64,000 bases of DNA. Source: Carcharhinus longimanus (lineage: Eukaryota). The notes beneath the pieces are model-generated. The model was not told where the DNA came from and ran no database searches. It worked only from the letters and a program-made list of their open reading frames with translations. Shown here piece by piece: positions 35,916 through 47,779 of the stretch. The position numbers and the translations under genes are program-made. Positions within the stretch are counted from its first letter, which is position 1, and each line of letters begins with the position of its first letter. The stretch lies in NCBI GenBank assembly GCA_030264375.1, contig JASCQW010000148.1, positions 21,533,262 to 21,597,261 on the forward strand. The letters are read 5' to 3'.

Positions 35916-36904
35916 ATAGGAGTTTTGTTCACAAACAGGGCATATAAAGACACAAATTCAATTTACAAAATAATGGTTGGAATGTGAGTCTTTACANNNN
36001 NNNNNNNNNNNNNNNNNNNNNNNNNNNNNNNNNNNNNNNNNNNNNNNNNNNNNNNNNNNNNNNNNNNNNNNNNNNNNNNNNNNNNNNNNNNNNNNNNNNN
36101 NNNNNNNNNNNNNNNNNNNNNNNNNNNNNNNNNNNNNNNNNNNNNNNNNNNNNNNNNNNNNNNNNNNNNNNNNNNNNNNNNNNNNNNNNNNNNNNNNNNN
36201 NNNNNNNNNNNNNNNNNNNNNNNNNNNNNNNNNNNNNNNNNNNNNNNNNNNNNNNNNNNNNNNNNNNNNNNNNNNNNNNNNNNNNNNNNNNNNNNNNNNN
36301 NNNNNNNNNNNNNNNNNNNNNNNNNNNNNNNNNNNNNNNNNNNNNNNNNNNNNNNNNNNNNNNNNNNNNNNNNNNNNNNNNNNNNNNNNNNNNNNNNNNN
36401 NNNNNNNNNNNNNNNNNNNNNNNNNNNNNNNNNNNNNNNNNNNNNNNNNNNNNNNNNNNNNNNNNNNNNNNNNNNNNNNNNNNNNNNNNNNNNNNNNNNN
36501 NNNNNNNNNNNNNNNNNNNNNNNNNNNNNNNNNNNNNNNNNNNNNNNNNNNNNNNNNNNNNNNNNNNNNNNNNNNNNNNNNNNNNNNNNNNNNNNNNNNN
36601 NNNNNNNNNNNNNNNNNNNNNNNNNNNNNNNNNNNNNNNNNNNNNNNNNNNNNNNNNNNNNNNNNNNNNNNNNNNNNNNNNNNNNNNNNNNNNNNNNNNN
36701 NNNNNNNNNNNNNNNNNNNNNNNNNNNNNNNNNNNNNNNNNNNNNNNNNNNNNNNNNNNNNNNNNNNNNNNNNNNNNNNNNNNNNNNNNNNNNNNNNNNN
36801 NNNNNNNNNNTTTAAGACTTGATTACCTGTAAAGACTCGCATTCCAACCATTATTTTGTAAATTGAGTTTGTGTCTTTATATGCCCTATTTGTGAACGCA
36901 ACTT

Positions 36905-36945
36905 CCACTCACCTAGTGAAGGGGCAGCACTCCAAAAGCTAGTGG
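36905..36945 (+). ncRNA. Decayed minimal hammerhead ribozyme (second arm)
   Basis: cac-CTAGTGA-aggggcagcactcc-AAAA-gcta-gtg; both core boxes are mutated. Confidence 0.5.
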
Positions 36946-37039
36946 TTTATGCTACCAAATAAACCTGTTGGACTTTAACTTGGTGTTGTGAGACTTCTTA
37001 ATGTGTTTATTCCAGTCCAACACCGGCATCTCCCCATCA

Positions 37040-37285
37040 GAAATAAAGATATCCAGGCACTGCACCTTTTTTGAACTAAACAAACACATGTGACAATATT
37101 CCTTGGTACATTTCCCATGGCAGCACCTCAAACAATCAGCTTTAACTTCCAAGCTGATTGCCACCACTTTTTCCATGCAGTATAAATTGTCGCTCCCTTT
37201 GAAATTTTGCTTTATTTTGCTTGTTCTGATGAATGCAAGTCAAAAAGCTTAAACAGCATTTTTTAAGTAATTCTCAAGTTCTGTA
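37040..37285 (+). mobile_element. Second Penelope-like family terminal repeat with TATA and hammerhead relic (37219-37257)
   Basis: tgcagTATAAAt at 37176-37187, then tgtt-CTGATGA-atgcaagtc-AAAAagctta-aaca, with stem I tgtt/aaca and palindromic aagctt. Confidence 0.5.
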
Positions 37286-37379
37286 CTAATATGCAATTAT
37301 CTGTTTTGACCTTTAAGGCAATTACAGCATAATGACACCATTTGTTTTTACATGAGGTGTACTGTCACTATATTGACAG

Positions 37380-37920
37380 AAACTTCCATTTATATAGCTC
37401 CTTTAAATGTGGTAAAATGTCCCAGAGTGCCTCACTGGAGTATTATAAAATAAGATTTGTTAAGAAAATAAAATAGGACCACATAATGAGATACTAAGGC
37501 TTTGTCAAAAAAGTAGTCTCTGAAAGAACAAAAGATATTTAAAGAGCGAATTTCAGAGCACAACCTAAGCAGCTAAAGGCACTATTGCCAATGGTGGGGC
37601 AGTGAAAATTGGGATGTGCAAGAGGCCAGATGTGGAGGGGTGCAGACATCTTGGAAAGTTGTAGGAATGGAGAAAGATTTGGAGGCAGGGAAGGGTTAGG
37701 GCCAGGGAAGGATTGAACACAGATGAGAATTTTAAAGTTGAGGCATTGTCATACTGAGAGCCACTGTGGGTCAGAGAGTACAGGGGTGATGAATGAATAG
37801 ACTTGCTGCAAGTTAGGGTGCAGGCAGCATTGTTTTGTTGAGCTGAAGTTACAGAGGGTTGAAGATGAGAGGCTGCCCCAGAGTGCATTGAAATAGATTC
37901 AGAGATAATTACCATATTGA
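37380..37920 (-). mobile_element. L2 LINE 3' portion
   Basis: catttatatagctcc tail; minus-strand relic LxSAQQNNAACTLT, HSSPLYSLTH and TLKF. Confidence 0.8.
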
Positions 37921-39124
37921 TAACATNNNNNNNNNNNNNNNNNNNNNNNNNNNNNNNNNNNNNNNNTATATCCTTAGCAGTAGATGTTACTATCAATACA
38001 TCTTATTTTATATTACTGTTCAGTTGTTCAGCAAGACTGTGTGATAATAATGGCTTGAGTTTATTGAAGCTCCTATTAACTCCAATTCTGTCTTCTCTAT
38101 AACAGCTACGTGACAGTTAATTTTCCCATCGGAATATCTTGTATCTCCACATTTCTGTCTCTGTCACAAACGCTGTCATTTCAATCATCATCTATCCTAA
38201 CAACCCGAGTATATCTATTATGTCCTACCTCAAAACTGAATCAGACTACTATTACAACTTCAAACCTAATAACAGATACGATGGATAATACCTGACACTG
38301 TTACATCCTTTAAAGGCCTTATTGCTCTCCAGTTTTCAGTTAGTATTATTTGATCTTGCACAGTTTTCTTTGGTGTTTCAGCACCATCACAAATGGTGTG
38401 TCTAATTTCATCTGTATCAGCTACATCAAATTCTGTTTCCACTATGAGCTGTCTGCTTATTATGTTCCCCGTTATGCGTATCTTTTTTAACTTCACTATA
38501 TAGATTTGACTTGTTGATCTTCAAGTTATTTTGAATAGTCAATGAATAGTCATTCTTCATTATGGATACTGTCTTTTAATCAGTTCCAAAACTGCCATGC
38601 GATTCAACCAACAAGAGATTGCCTTCCATTGCAGGGATTTTTGTTTAACTTGTATCCTCTTGGAAATAGTGTATTTCCTGAGAAACAGGTTGTCAGACAT
38701 GATGGTTGCCTCACTTGACCATCTCGAATTACTTAGATGCAACAGTCGTACATGTGTAAACATAGTGTAAAACCATGTTTAATATGCTGTATTAGCGTAC
38801 TGCTATGTAGTCAATAGTTCAGCTTTTGATTTATCATAATTTGTACCAACATGAATCATAAACACTAGATTCCTTCCATTCATTTTAATAGTTTTCTTTG
38901 AAACTGTAAATTGGTTTTGAGAGTTTCCCCAAGAGAAGCAAAGGACTGACAAGTTGATTTTTTTTCTGCCTAATAAACCTTTTTATCTGTTTCACTTGCT
39001 ATAATCATTGTTTTAGGTCAACTTCCATTTGCACACAAAACTGTAGCCTTGACTGTCAAATCTCTGAATGAATATGTCAGAAATATATATGCAAGTAGGA
39101 AGAAAATAGCGATTCTAAATACAC

Positions 39125-39409
39125 TTATTGGCTTTTCTGCCATTTGGCCATTCACACCCTTTATTCTCTCTGTGGACTGCCATTAGCAGCCTTTCCCCAT
39201 GTTTTTGTAGCTATAATTCATTTTCATTCCTTCACCCTGCAGTATAAATATCTCTCACTTTCTATGTCTTTTAGCTTTGACAAAGGGTCATCTGGACTCG
39301 AAACATCAGCTCTTTTCTCTCCTTACGGATGCTGCCAGGCCAGATGAAATTATCCAGCATTTTCTCTTTTGGTTTCAGATTCCAGCATCTGCAGTAATTT
39401 GCTTTTATT
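39125..39409 (+). mobile_element. Third Penelope-like family 3' repeat with TATA and hammerhead relic (39273-39311)
   Basis: tgcagTATAAAta; agct-TTGACAA-agggtc-atctg-gactc-GAAA-catc-agct; terminus ttcagattccagcatctgcagtaatttgctttt. Confidence 0.7.
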
Positions 39410-39892
39410 CTAAATGCACTGTCTGGGAAGCATATAAAGTAGTCCAAATCTAATCTGATATTGTCTGACAGAGTTGAACAACTGTAAATGATTTTACTTA
39501 AGTATTTCTGTTTATTATAAGTGATTTTATTAACTTATTAAATGAATCAATATTGCAGCTGTGTCACCAATTTTGGAGTTCGAGCATTGGATACAAATTA
39601 AGTCATGGTAAATGGCAGCTGTGGATTTTTATTTGGACTAGATTTGTGGTAGCTCTCTTTAGATCACAATAATGTAATGACTTGTTTGTCAGGTGCAAGA
39701 GGAAAAGCACAATATTGTAATTAACTGCCCCAATTTAAAATCTGGTTACCAGAGTAAATCTTTAGCTTGGGCTTGGTTCAATAGCTCTCCATAACCCAAA
39801 TCACAGTGATGCTTGATATTTGAATTATTTTAGATTCTTCAGTGAACTGATTATCTCTTTTCTTCCTTCCTTATTTTCATTCAAATATACAG

Positions 39893-40018
39893 TTGTCAAC
39901 ACTAAAGAACAGACTTAAGAAAGTGTCAACAACCACAGGTGATGGAGTTGCTCGTGCATTTTTAAAGACTCAAGCGGCTTTGTTTGGCAGCTACAGAAAT
40001 GCTCTGAAGATTGAACCT
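39893..40018 (+). CDS. DENND1A: DENND1A next coding exon, 126 nt, phase 0-0
   Basis: Polypyrimidine tract plus AG at 39891-39892 and GTGAGT donor at 40019. Translates LSTLKNRLKKVSTTTGDGVARAFLKTQAALFGSYRNALKIEP, continuing the previous exon in frame as in DENND1A (ISSLKNRLKKVSTTTGDGVARAFLKAQAAFFGSYRNALKIEP). Confidence 0.93.
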
Positions 40019-41096
40019 GTGAGTTGAACAAAATTACTGCACTCCTCCTGCCACACAATACATGCATGTTATTCATGCTTAATAATGAACCAGCTGCACC
40101 TCTACAGTGTATTAATAATGCAATGACCAATCTATACAGTATTACATTTTGCGCACACACATTTTTCTAGTTCGAGCTTTAACATAGAATATTTTGTTTA
40201 ACAATTACTTCTAATAAGAATAATTTATATATGCAGCATTTTCTAGATATTATGGAGGAAATCTGTTATATATTACTTTCATTGTGCAATAGGAAACTCT
40301 AATCTACATAATTAAGTTGCAGTAGCAAAACAAGTAATTTGAGCTTATGTAAAAATGTAGTAATTTCTTAATTTTTTTGAAAGTTTGGAATTTCATTGTT
40401 TTGCCCACTCACTTATCCACTTTAATTTCTTTACCACTACTGTGCCTTATTCTGCTACATGAGAGGGCTGGGAAAATTCATGTCATTTCTAATGTACTTA
40501 TCATAAGAAATTTTCCCTATCAGCTATAGGAATGAATGTCATAAAAATTAACATTGTGTGAAAATAGATTGATTTATAGTATCTTGCCTGCAGAGCAATG
40601 GTCAGATTTGCATTCAGAACGCATTGTCATATTGATTCTGTGTACAGAAACTAAATACTGAAAGGATGCCATTAAACTGTCATGATTAGTACATATCTCG
40701 TTTTGCAAAGAAGAAACTATTTTTGGATGATAACTGTTTTATGACCCCTTTGATGGTTTAGCTTATTAAGGCACAAAATAACAGGAGCAGGACATAGCAA
40801 TTCATTCTCTCGTTCCTAGCCTATGTTTAATCAGTTCATCTCTGTTGTGGCGCTAGAGATGGCCTCAATGCCAGTGGATTAACGAAGGAAAAAATTGCTG
40901 TGTGTCCTGATCATTATGCAGTACTCCAGCTGAAAGTGTACATGTTAAACAGCATCAGGCTTGTCTGTGATTTTGCCACCACCTCCAGTGCAATAAATTC
41001 ACTGACCTGTAGTTAGTATTTTAGCTCAAGATATGAATAAGGTACTTGAAGCATCCCCTAACAGTGACCAGTTTGAAAGGGAGAGATTGAAATGAT

Positions 41097-41465
41097 TTTT
41101 AAAAATTATTTCATGAGGAATGGTAATCACTGGCAAAGCATGCATTTGTTGCAGATCACAAATTACCTTTCAGCTGAGTGGCTGAGAGGCCATTTCAGAG
41201 GACAGCTAAGAGTCAACCACATTGCTCTTGGTCTGGAATCACATGTAGATCAGATTAGGTAAGGCTCGCAGATTTTTTTCCCTATAGGACCAGATAAGGT
41301 ATTATATCAATAATTGGTGTTCATTTCAGGGCACCATCACTGACACTAGTCTTATATTCCAGATGTATTAATTGAATTCAAGCTCTACTAACTGCGATGG
41401 TGGGGGATTTGAAAATTAGAGTTAATATCACTGGATTACTAGTCCAGTGATATTACCACTATGAC
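41097..41465 (-). mobile_element. tRNA-derived SINE with Meta-like central domain and LINE family B tail
   Basis: Minus-strand head tagtggtaatatcactggactagtaatccag; core ctacatgtgattccagacc...aatgtggttgactctta; tail matches 48-163. Confidence 0.7.
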
Positions 41466-42394
41466 TCTAAATCCTCAAATTAGTGAAGATAAAAATAACT
41501 GTCTTATTTATTACTTATCATAAAGGATATGTTTTATTATAAATGCAACAATGTGAAAGGTTCTGCCCTTTCTTGTGGTCACAGCTCCAATTGTTGGCTT
41601 GTGTTGAAATGATTGAGGCTTAGGCAGGTGGAACAGAATTGGCAACTGACGTCAGGAAAGGTGGGAAAATTATCCAAGGGATTCTCTCTCTGATGCTATG
41701 TGATCTATGTCTTTGCACAAACATCAGAGCATTCAGGAGTCCACGTTCTCTGCTGTGGAAATGGCAGCATTTTCTCAAAAACTAGAGAGTGCTAATCGTG
41801 CTGGCAAATTTTCAAGTTCTGATCTTACCGGCTCCTCACTGGTGGAGTGGCTTGAAACACACTGTGGTTCTGCAGAAAGTTCATTTTAATATATTAGCAT
41901 GTCATTAGTGAGCACCCTCTCTGGGACTCCCTCCCCCTCCCAGGATATTCAGCAACTAGGGAGGAAGGCATTGGTGTTGGAGTGGGAGGCGATGATTAGG
42001 ACGAATGCGGGGAGGGGAGAAGGTGCCAGTGATCAGGGGTGAGGAGCGCTGAGGAAAGCGAAGTGCTGACCCTAATCAGGGGTGGCGAGGAGACCCTGAG
42101 AGGTCTGTAATAGGCTGGGAGAGGAGTTTTACTCAGGTTCTGATTGGGATGCTCTTTAAAGATGGTACCTCAATCTCTGTGCCGTGGGGTTTTGCCAGCA
42201 TGTTTAGGCCCATCTCCTTTTGTGACCATGTGAAACATGCCCCCGTGACTCTTCGGGCATAGTGTCGTCAGATCTGGAGAGAAAACCATTCATTTTCTTG
42301 GGACATAAACTCGCTGGAAACGACACTGCCATTTTTTGATGAGATAGTTCCCCTAAGAAGTTATATGATGGTTTTAATGTGGGAAATTCACCAC

Positions 42395-43500
42395 AAGACT
42401 TCACAGAATGGAGGAATAAAATGGACAGATGCGAAACTATGGTAGAATCTTCGGAGAGGTGACCAAAAGCATAGTCAAAAGACAGTTTTTGAGAAGGCTT
42501 TAAAACTTAATGGGAGAGGAGAGAACACAGAGGATGGAACATAGAACACTACAGCCCAACAGGCCCTTCGGCCCACAAGTTGCGCTGATCACATCTGTAC
42601 CTACCATGCCATAGAACTATCTGTAACTCCCAATTCCATTAGATCCCATATACTCATCCAGAAGTCTTTTAAAAGACCNNNNNNNNNNNNNNNNNNNNNN
42701 NNNNNNNNNNNNNNNNNNNNNNNNNNNNNNNNNNNNNNNNNNNNNNNNNNNNNNNNNNNNNNNNNNNNNNNNNNNNNNAAGTGGGGTCTGACAAGGGTCC
42801 TATAAAGTTGCAGCATTACCTCCCGACTCCTAAACTCAATCCCTCGATTAATGAAACCAATAATGGAGTGAGAACTCTGCTACCAATTAGAAGGAGAAAG
42901 GAAGGAGTGCATAAAAGGCCAAAAGAGATTAATTTTGGAGACACATTGGATCACAGCTGTCAAGGAATTTGAAGACAAGACATCTATATTCCATGTGTTG
43001 AGGAACAGGCAGCAAGTGCAGATCAACAAGGATGGATTCGATTGGCACGGAGAATAGGATTTAGACACCTGAGTTTTAATCATATTGCAGTTTACTGAGG
43101 TAAGACACCAGCAAGAAAGGTAATAAAAATTATGTCTGGAGGTGATAAAAATGTGGATAAAGATTTAGGTGACAGCAAGGTGGAGAGATAAAGGTAAGCA
43201 ATGTTTATGTGTGGGAAATGAGCAATCTTAGTGAAGCAGGATATATGAAGATTTTACATGACTCAAATCAGACTGAGTGAATGAGCAGAACCAGAAGTGG
43301 AACTAGTAGCAAGGGAGCAGAGCTTTTGGTGGAAGAGGGAAAAAATAACAACTTTGATCTTTCTATTCTTTAGTTGGAAAATGTTTTGTTCATTCACAAT
43401 GTAATGGCAGTCAGTCAATTGACAGTACAACAGTGATTGTGGGGTCAGGGAAAAGCTGAAGAGTTTCTAGCTGGGTATTTTCACCAGTCATATGGATATC
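42395..43500 (-). mobile_element. Old L2 LINE interrupted by a young CR1
   Basis: gtgaccaaaagcatagtcaaaag...ttttgagaagg and ggagtgcataaaaggcc match 37380-37920; purine-rich antisense L2 texture. Confidence 0.6.
42535..42846 (-). mobile_element. Young CR1 3' portion (same subfamily as 33162 and 26983)
   Basis: Minus ORF MLQLYRTLVRPH; 3' UTR nearly identical to 33415-33558. Confidence 0.92.
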
Positions 43501-43579
43501 AGATAAAACAGGGTTAGCCGAAACTGTTGACAACTCCCTTGTCTGATTATGAACTCCTATTGATTCTTTTAAAAAAATC

Positions 43580-46500
43580 ATTTTACAGGATGTGGCTGTC
43601 ACTGGCTAGCACAGCATTTATTGCCCATTTGTAGTTGCCCTTGGGAAGGTGATGGTGAGCTGCCAACTTGAACCACTGCAGTCCCTGAAGTGTAGGTGCA
43701 CCCACAGCACTGTTAGGGAGGGAGTTCCATGATTTTGATCCAGTGACAGTGAATGAAGAGTGATATATTTCCAAGTCAGGATGGTGAGTGACTTGGAGGG
43801 GAGCCTTCAAGTGGTGGTGTTCTCAGGTATTTGCTGCCCTTGTCCTTCTAAATGGTCACGGTCATGGGTTAAGAAAGTGCTGCCTTAAGGAATGTTGGTG
43901 AATTCCTGCAGTGCGTCTTGTAGATGGCACGAAGTGCTGCCACTATTGGTCAGTGGTGGAGTGATTGAATATTTGTGACAGGGGTAGCAATGAAACAGGC
44001 TGTTTTGTCCTAGGTGCATGCGAACTTCTTGAGTATTGTTGGAGCTGCACTCATCCAGACAAGTGAAGAGTATTCCATTATACTCCTGACGTGTGCCATG
44101 TAGATGGTGGACAGACTGTGGGTAGTCAGGAGCTGAATTACTCACCACAGGATTTCTAGCCTTTGACTTACTCTGGTAACCACCATATTTATATGGCTAG
44201 TGCAGTTCAGTTTCTGGTCAGTGGTAACTTCCAGGAAGTTGATAATAGGAGATTCAGCAATGATAATGTCATTGAATGTTAAGGGATGATAGTTAGGTCC
44301 TCGCTTGTTGGAGATAGCCATTGCCTGGCGCATGGATGGTGTGAATATTACTTGCCACTTGTCAGCCCAAGCATGGATATTATCCTGGTCGTTCTGCATT
44401 TGGACAAGGAGTACTTCAGTATCTGAGGAATCACGATTGTCACTGAACATATATCGAAAATAATAGTAGGAGTAGAACATTTGGCCCTTTGAGCCTGATC
44501 CGCCATTCATTATGATTATGGCTAACCGTGAAATTCAGTTCCCTGATACTGCCTTCACCCCCATATCTATTTAGCCCCAAGAGTTAAACCTAATTCCTTC
44601 TTGAAATCACATAACGTTTTGGCCTTAACTACTTTCTGTGGTAGTGGATTTCACAGATTCACCACTCTTTAGTGAAGAAATTTCTCCTCACTTCAGCTCT
44701 AAAAGTTTGACACCTTATCCCCAAACTCTAACCTCTAGTTCTGGACTCCTCCACCATCGGGAATATTCTTTCTAAATCTACTCTGGCTAATCGTTAGAAT
44801 GTTAAAAGTTTCTGTGAGATCCCGTCACTCTTCGAAACTCCAATGAATATAATTCTAACCAATTTAGCCTCTCCTCACATGGCAGTCCTGCTACCATCCC
44901 AGGAATCAGCCTGATAAACCTTTGCTACACTCACTCCATAGCAAGAACATCCTTCCTCAGATAAGGACACCAAAATTACACAAATTATTCCAGATGTGGT
45001 CTCACCAATGCCTTATATATTTGCAGTAAAACATTCGTATTCAAATCCTCTCGCTATGAAGGCCAACATACTATTGCCGCCTTTACTGCCTGCTGCACCC
45101 CTGCGCTTACATTCAGGGACTGGTGCATGAGGACACCAAGATCTCGTTGAGTATCCATCTCTCTCAATTTACACCCATTCAAATAATAATCGCCTTTCTA
45201 TTTTTGCTTCCAAAGTGATAACCTCACATTTATCTGCATTATACTGCATCTGCCATTCATACGCCCACTCACTCAGCCAGTCCAGATCACCTTGAAGCAT
45301 CTCTATCATCCTCCTCACAGATGACCCTCGCCACCCAGCTTTATATCATTTGCAAATTTGGAGATAATGCGTTTAGTTCCCTCGTACAAATTATTAATAT
45401 ATAATGTGAACAGTTGGAATCCTAGCATAGATTTCTACATTGCTCCACTATTCACTGCCTGCCAATCGAAAAAATACCATTTACTCCAACTCTCCTAACC
45501 AGTTCTATCCATCTCAAAACATGACCCGCAGCCCTGGCACTTTAATTTTGCATAATAATCTGCGATATGAGATTTTGTCGAAAGCTTTTTGAAAATCTAA
45601 ATAACCCACATCTACCGATTCACCTTTGTCAACTCTACTAATTACATCCTCAAAGAACTCAGTAGATACGTCAAGCATGATTTCCCTTTTGTAAATCTAT
45701 ACTGGCTTTGTCTGATTACACCACGGCTTTCTAAATGCTGAGCTAAGAAATCCTTGATAATGGACTCTAGCAACTTCCCTATTATTGACGTTAGGCTCAC
45801 TGGTCTAGAGTTCTTTGTTTTCTCTCTACGTCTCATTTGAATAGCGTGCATACATTTGTTACTCTCCAATCTGTAGGAACCATTCCAGAGTCTAAATAAT
45901 TTTGGAAAAGATCACCAATGGATCTCATATTTCTAGGGCCATTTCCTTAAGTGCTCTGGGATGAAGATTATGAGGCCCTGGAGATTTCTCTACCTTCAAT
46001 CCCATTAATTTCCCCAAAACCATTTCTCTGCTAATCTGATTTATTTTAGTTCCTCACTAAAACTTGTGTTTCTCAGAACTTCCGATACTTTATTCATGTC
46101 TTCCTTTGTGAAGGCAGAAGTAAAGTATGAATTTAGTTCCTCGGCTATTTCTTTGTTCCCCATTATGAATTTCCCTGCTTCTCACTCTAAGGGGCCTACA
46201 TTCATTTTTAACAGCACGTTATACAGTCATCTGCAACCATCTCCACTTCTGACCTTATGATGGAAGGAAGATCACAAATGAAGCAGCTGAAGATGGTTGG
46301 GCCAAAAACAATATCCTGAGGAGCTCCTGCAGTAATGTCTTGGAGTTGAAATGATTGACCTCCAGTCACCACAACTACCTTCCTTTGTGCCAGGTATGAC
46401 TCCAGCCAGTGGAGGGTTTTCCCCCTGATTCCCACTGACTCCAGTTTTCCTCGGTCACTTTGATGCCATAGTCGGTCAAATGCTGCCTTAATATCAAAGG

Positions 46501-46966
46501 CTGTCATCTGGCCTCACCTCTGGCATTCAGCTGTTTTGTCAATGCTTGAATCAAGTCTGCAATGAGGTCAGGAGGTGAGTGACTCTGGCAGAATCCAAAC
46601 TGAGTGTCTGCAAGCAGGTTATTGCTGAGTAAGTGTTGCTTGCAGGAGCTGTTGACTCTTTACACCATTTTACTGCCGATTGAGAGTAGAATGATGGGGC
46701 GGTATTTGACCGTGTTTGACTTGTTCTGTTTCTTGTACACTGAACATACCTGGGCAATTTTCCACGTTGCTGGGTAGATGCCAATGTTGAAGCTGTATTG
46801 CAACAGTTTGGCTAGGGGCATCGCAAGTTCTGGAGCACAAATCTTCAGTACTATTGCTGGAATATTGTCAAGACCCATAGTCTTTGCAGTTTGCAGTGCC
46901 TTCAGCCGTTTCTTGATATCATGTGGAATAAACCAAATTGGTTGAAGACTGACATTTGTGATGCTG
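43580..46966 (-). mobile_element. LINE family B (CR1/L2 group), RT to 3' end, split by a CR1 insertion
   Basis: Minus ORFs GLDNIPAIVLKICAPEL..YRPIILLSI, FDIKAAFDRLWH..GAPQ..ADDC, and MFSDNRDSSDTE..WADKWQVIF. Confidence 0.9.
44451..46208 (-). mobile_element. CR1 LINE (~1.75 kb) nested in LINE family B
   Basis: RPVSLTSIIGKLLESIIKD..QYRFTKGKSCLT; CR1 3' UTR at ~44455-44525. Confidence 0.93.
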
Positions 46967-47779
46967 ATTGTTCCAACTCACCCTTTAATGAATAGAGCAA
47001 CATGAAGAATCGAAAGTCTGCTGCTGTCGAGGACACTACATAATATCACAGAAATACTTACAAAAAAGGAGAAAATAAATGTTGTTTGTTTGCCCTATTG
47101 TGTATTGTAATCCAGTGATACGATGAAACCAAGATAATAGTTGGGATTCTTTTTACTAACTAAAACAACAATCTCTGAAGTTTGTCTTGACCATATTCTA
47201 ACATTAGTGTAGTATCGAAGTATAGGTTACAACATTTCAAAAATGATCTCATCTTTGATTTAGTACACATACAAGTTGCAATAAATTAATAAATATTATT
47301 AAAACTGCACTAAAATGTGTACATTCCACTAATCTTCAAATGCCCTTTAAATAGGGCATATTATCCTCCCTATGAACATTCTATTCCATATCCTACCCTA
47401 TTAATAAAATTTATGGTATTTTTGCTAAATTTAGTGGAAGATTATGTTGCCTTTATAGAAGACAGTAATTATCTTAGCCCATTAAAATGTACCCTCAAGC
47501 ATCTAAACCTTTTGTTAATTCTTCCCGCTCCCTCAATTCNNNNNNNNNTGTTGCAAAAACTGGGAGATAATGATACTGTGTTTTCTATTACCAATCTCTC
47601 CCTCCACTGACAATTGCTTGCAACTTCAGTAGCTGCTGAGTTTTAGTAGACTTGTGGAAAGCTTCATAAAATAGTGTTCCTCACCAGGCACTTAATTGAA
47701 TCAGGGAATTTCTCCAACTAGCTATGTTTTTTGTTCCTTTTCGCTTTAGTTTTTGTTCTCCTACAAGCAAAGTCTTCAA

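Larger units (their letters stand above)
35819..37039 (+). mobile_element. Penelope-like element with inverted pseudo-LTR arms (centre in a gap)
   Basis: 35821-35996 is a reverse-complement match to 36828-37003. The right arm extends into the tail ccagtccaacaccggcatctcc. Hammerhead-core relics occur in both arms. Confidence 0.85.
5235..39892 (+). other. DENND1A: GT-AG intron of DENND1A (~34.7 kb as assembled, includes gaps)
   Basis: Bounded by the donor and acceptor of two exons whose peptides join directly. Confidence 0.88.
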
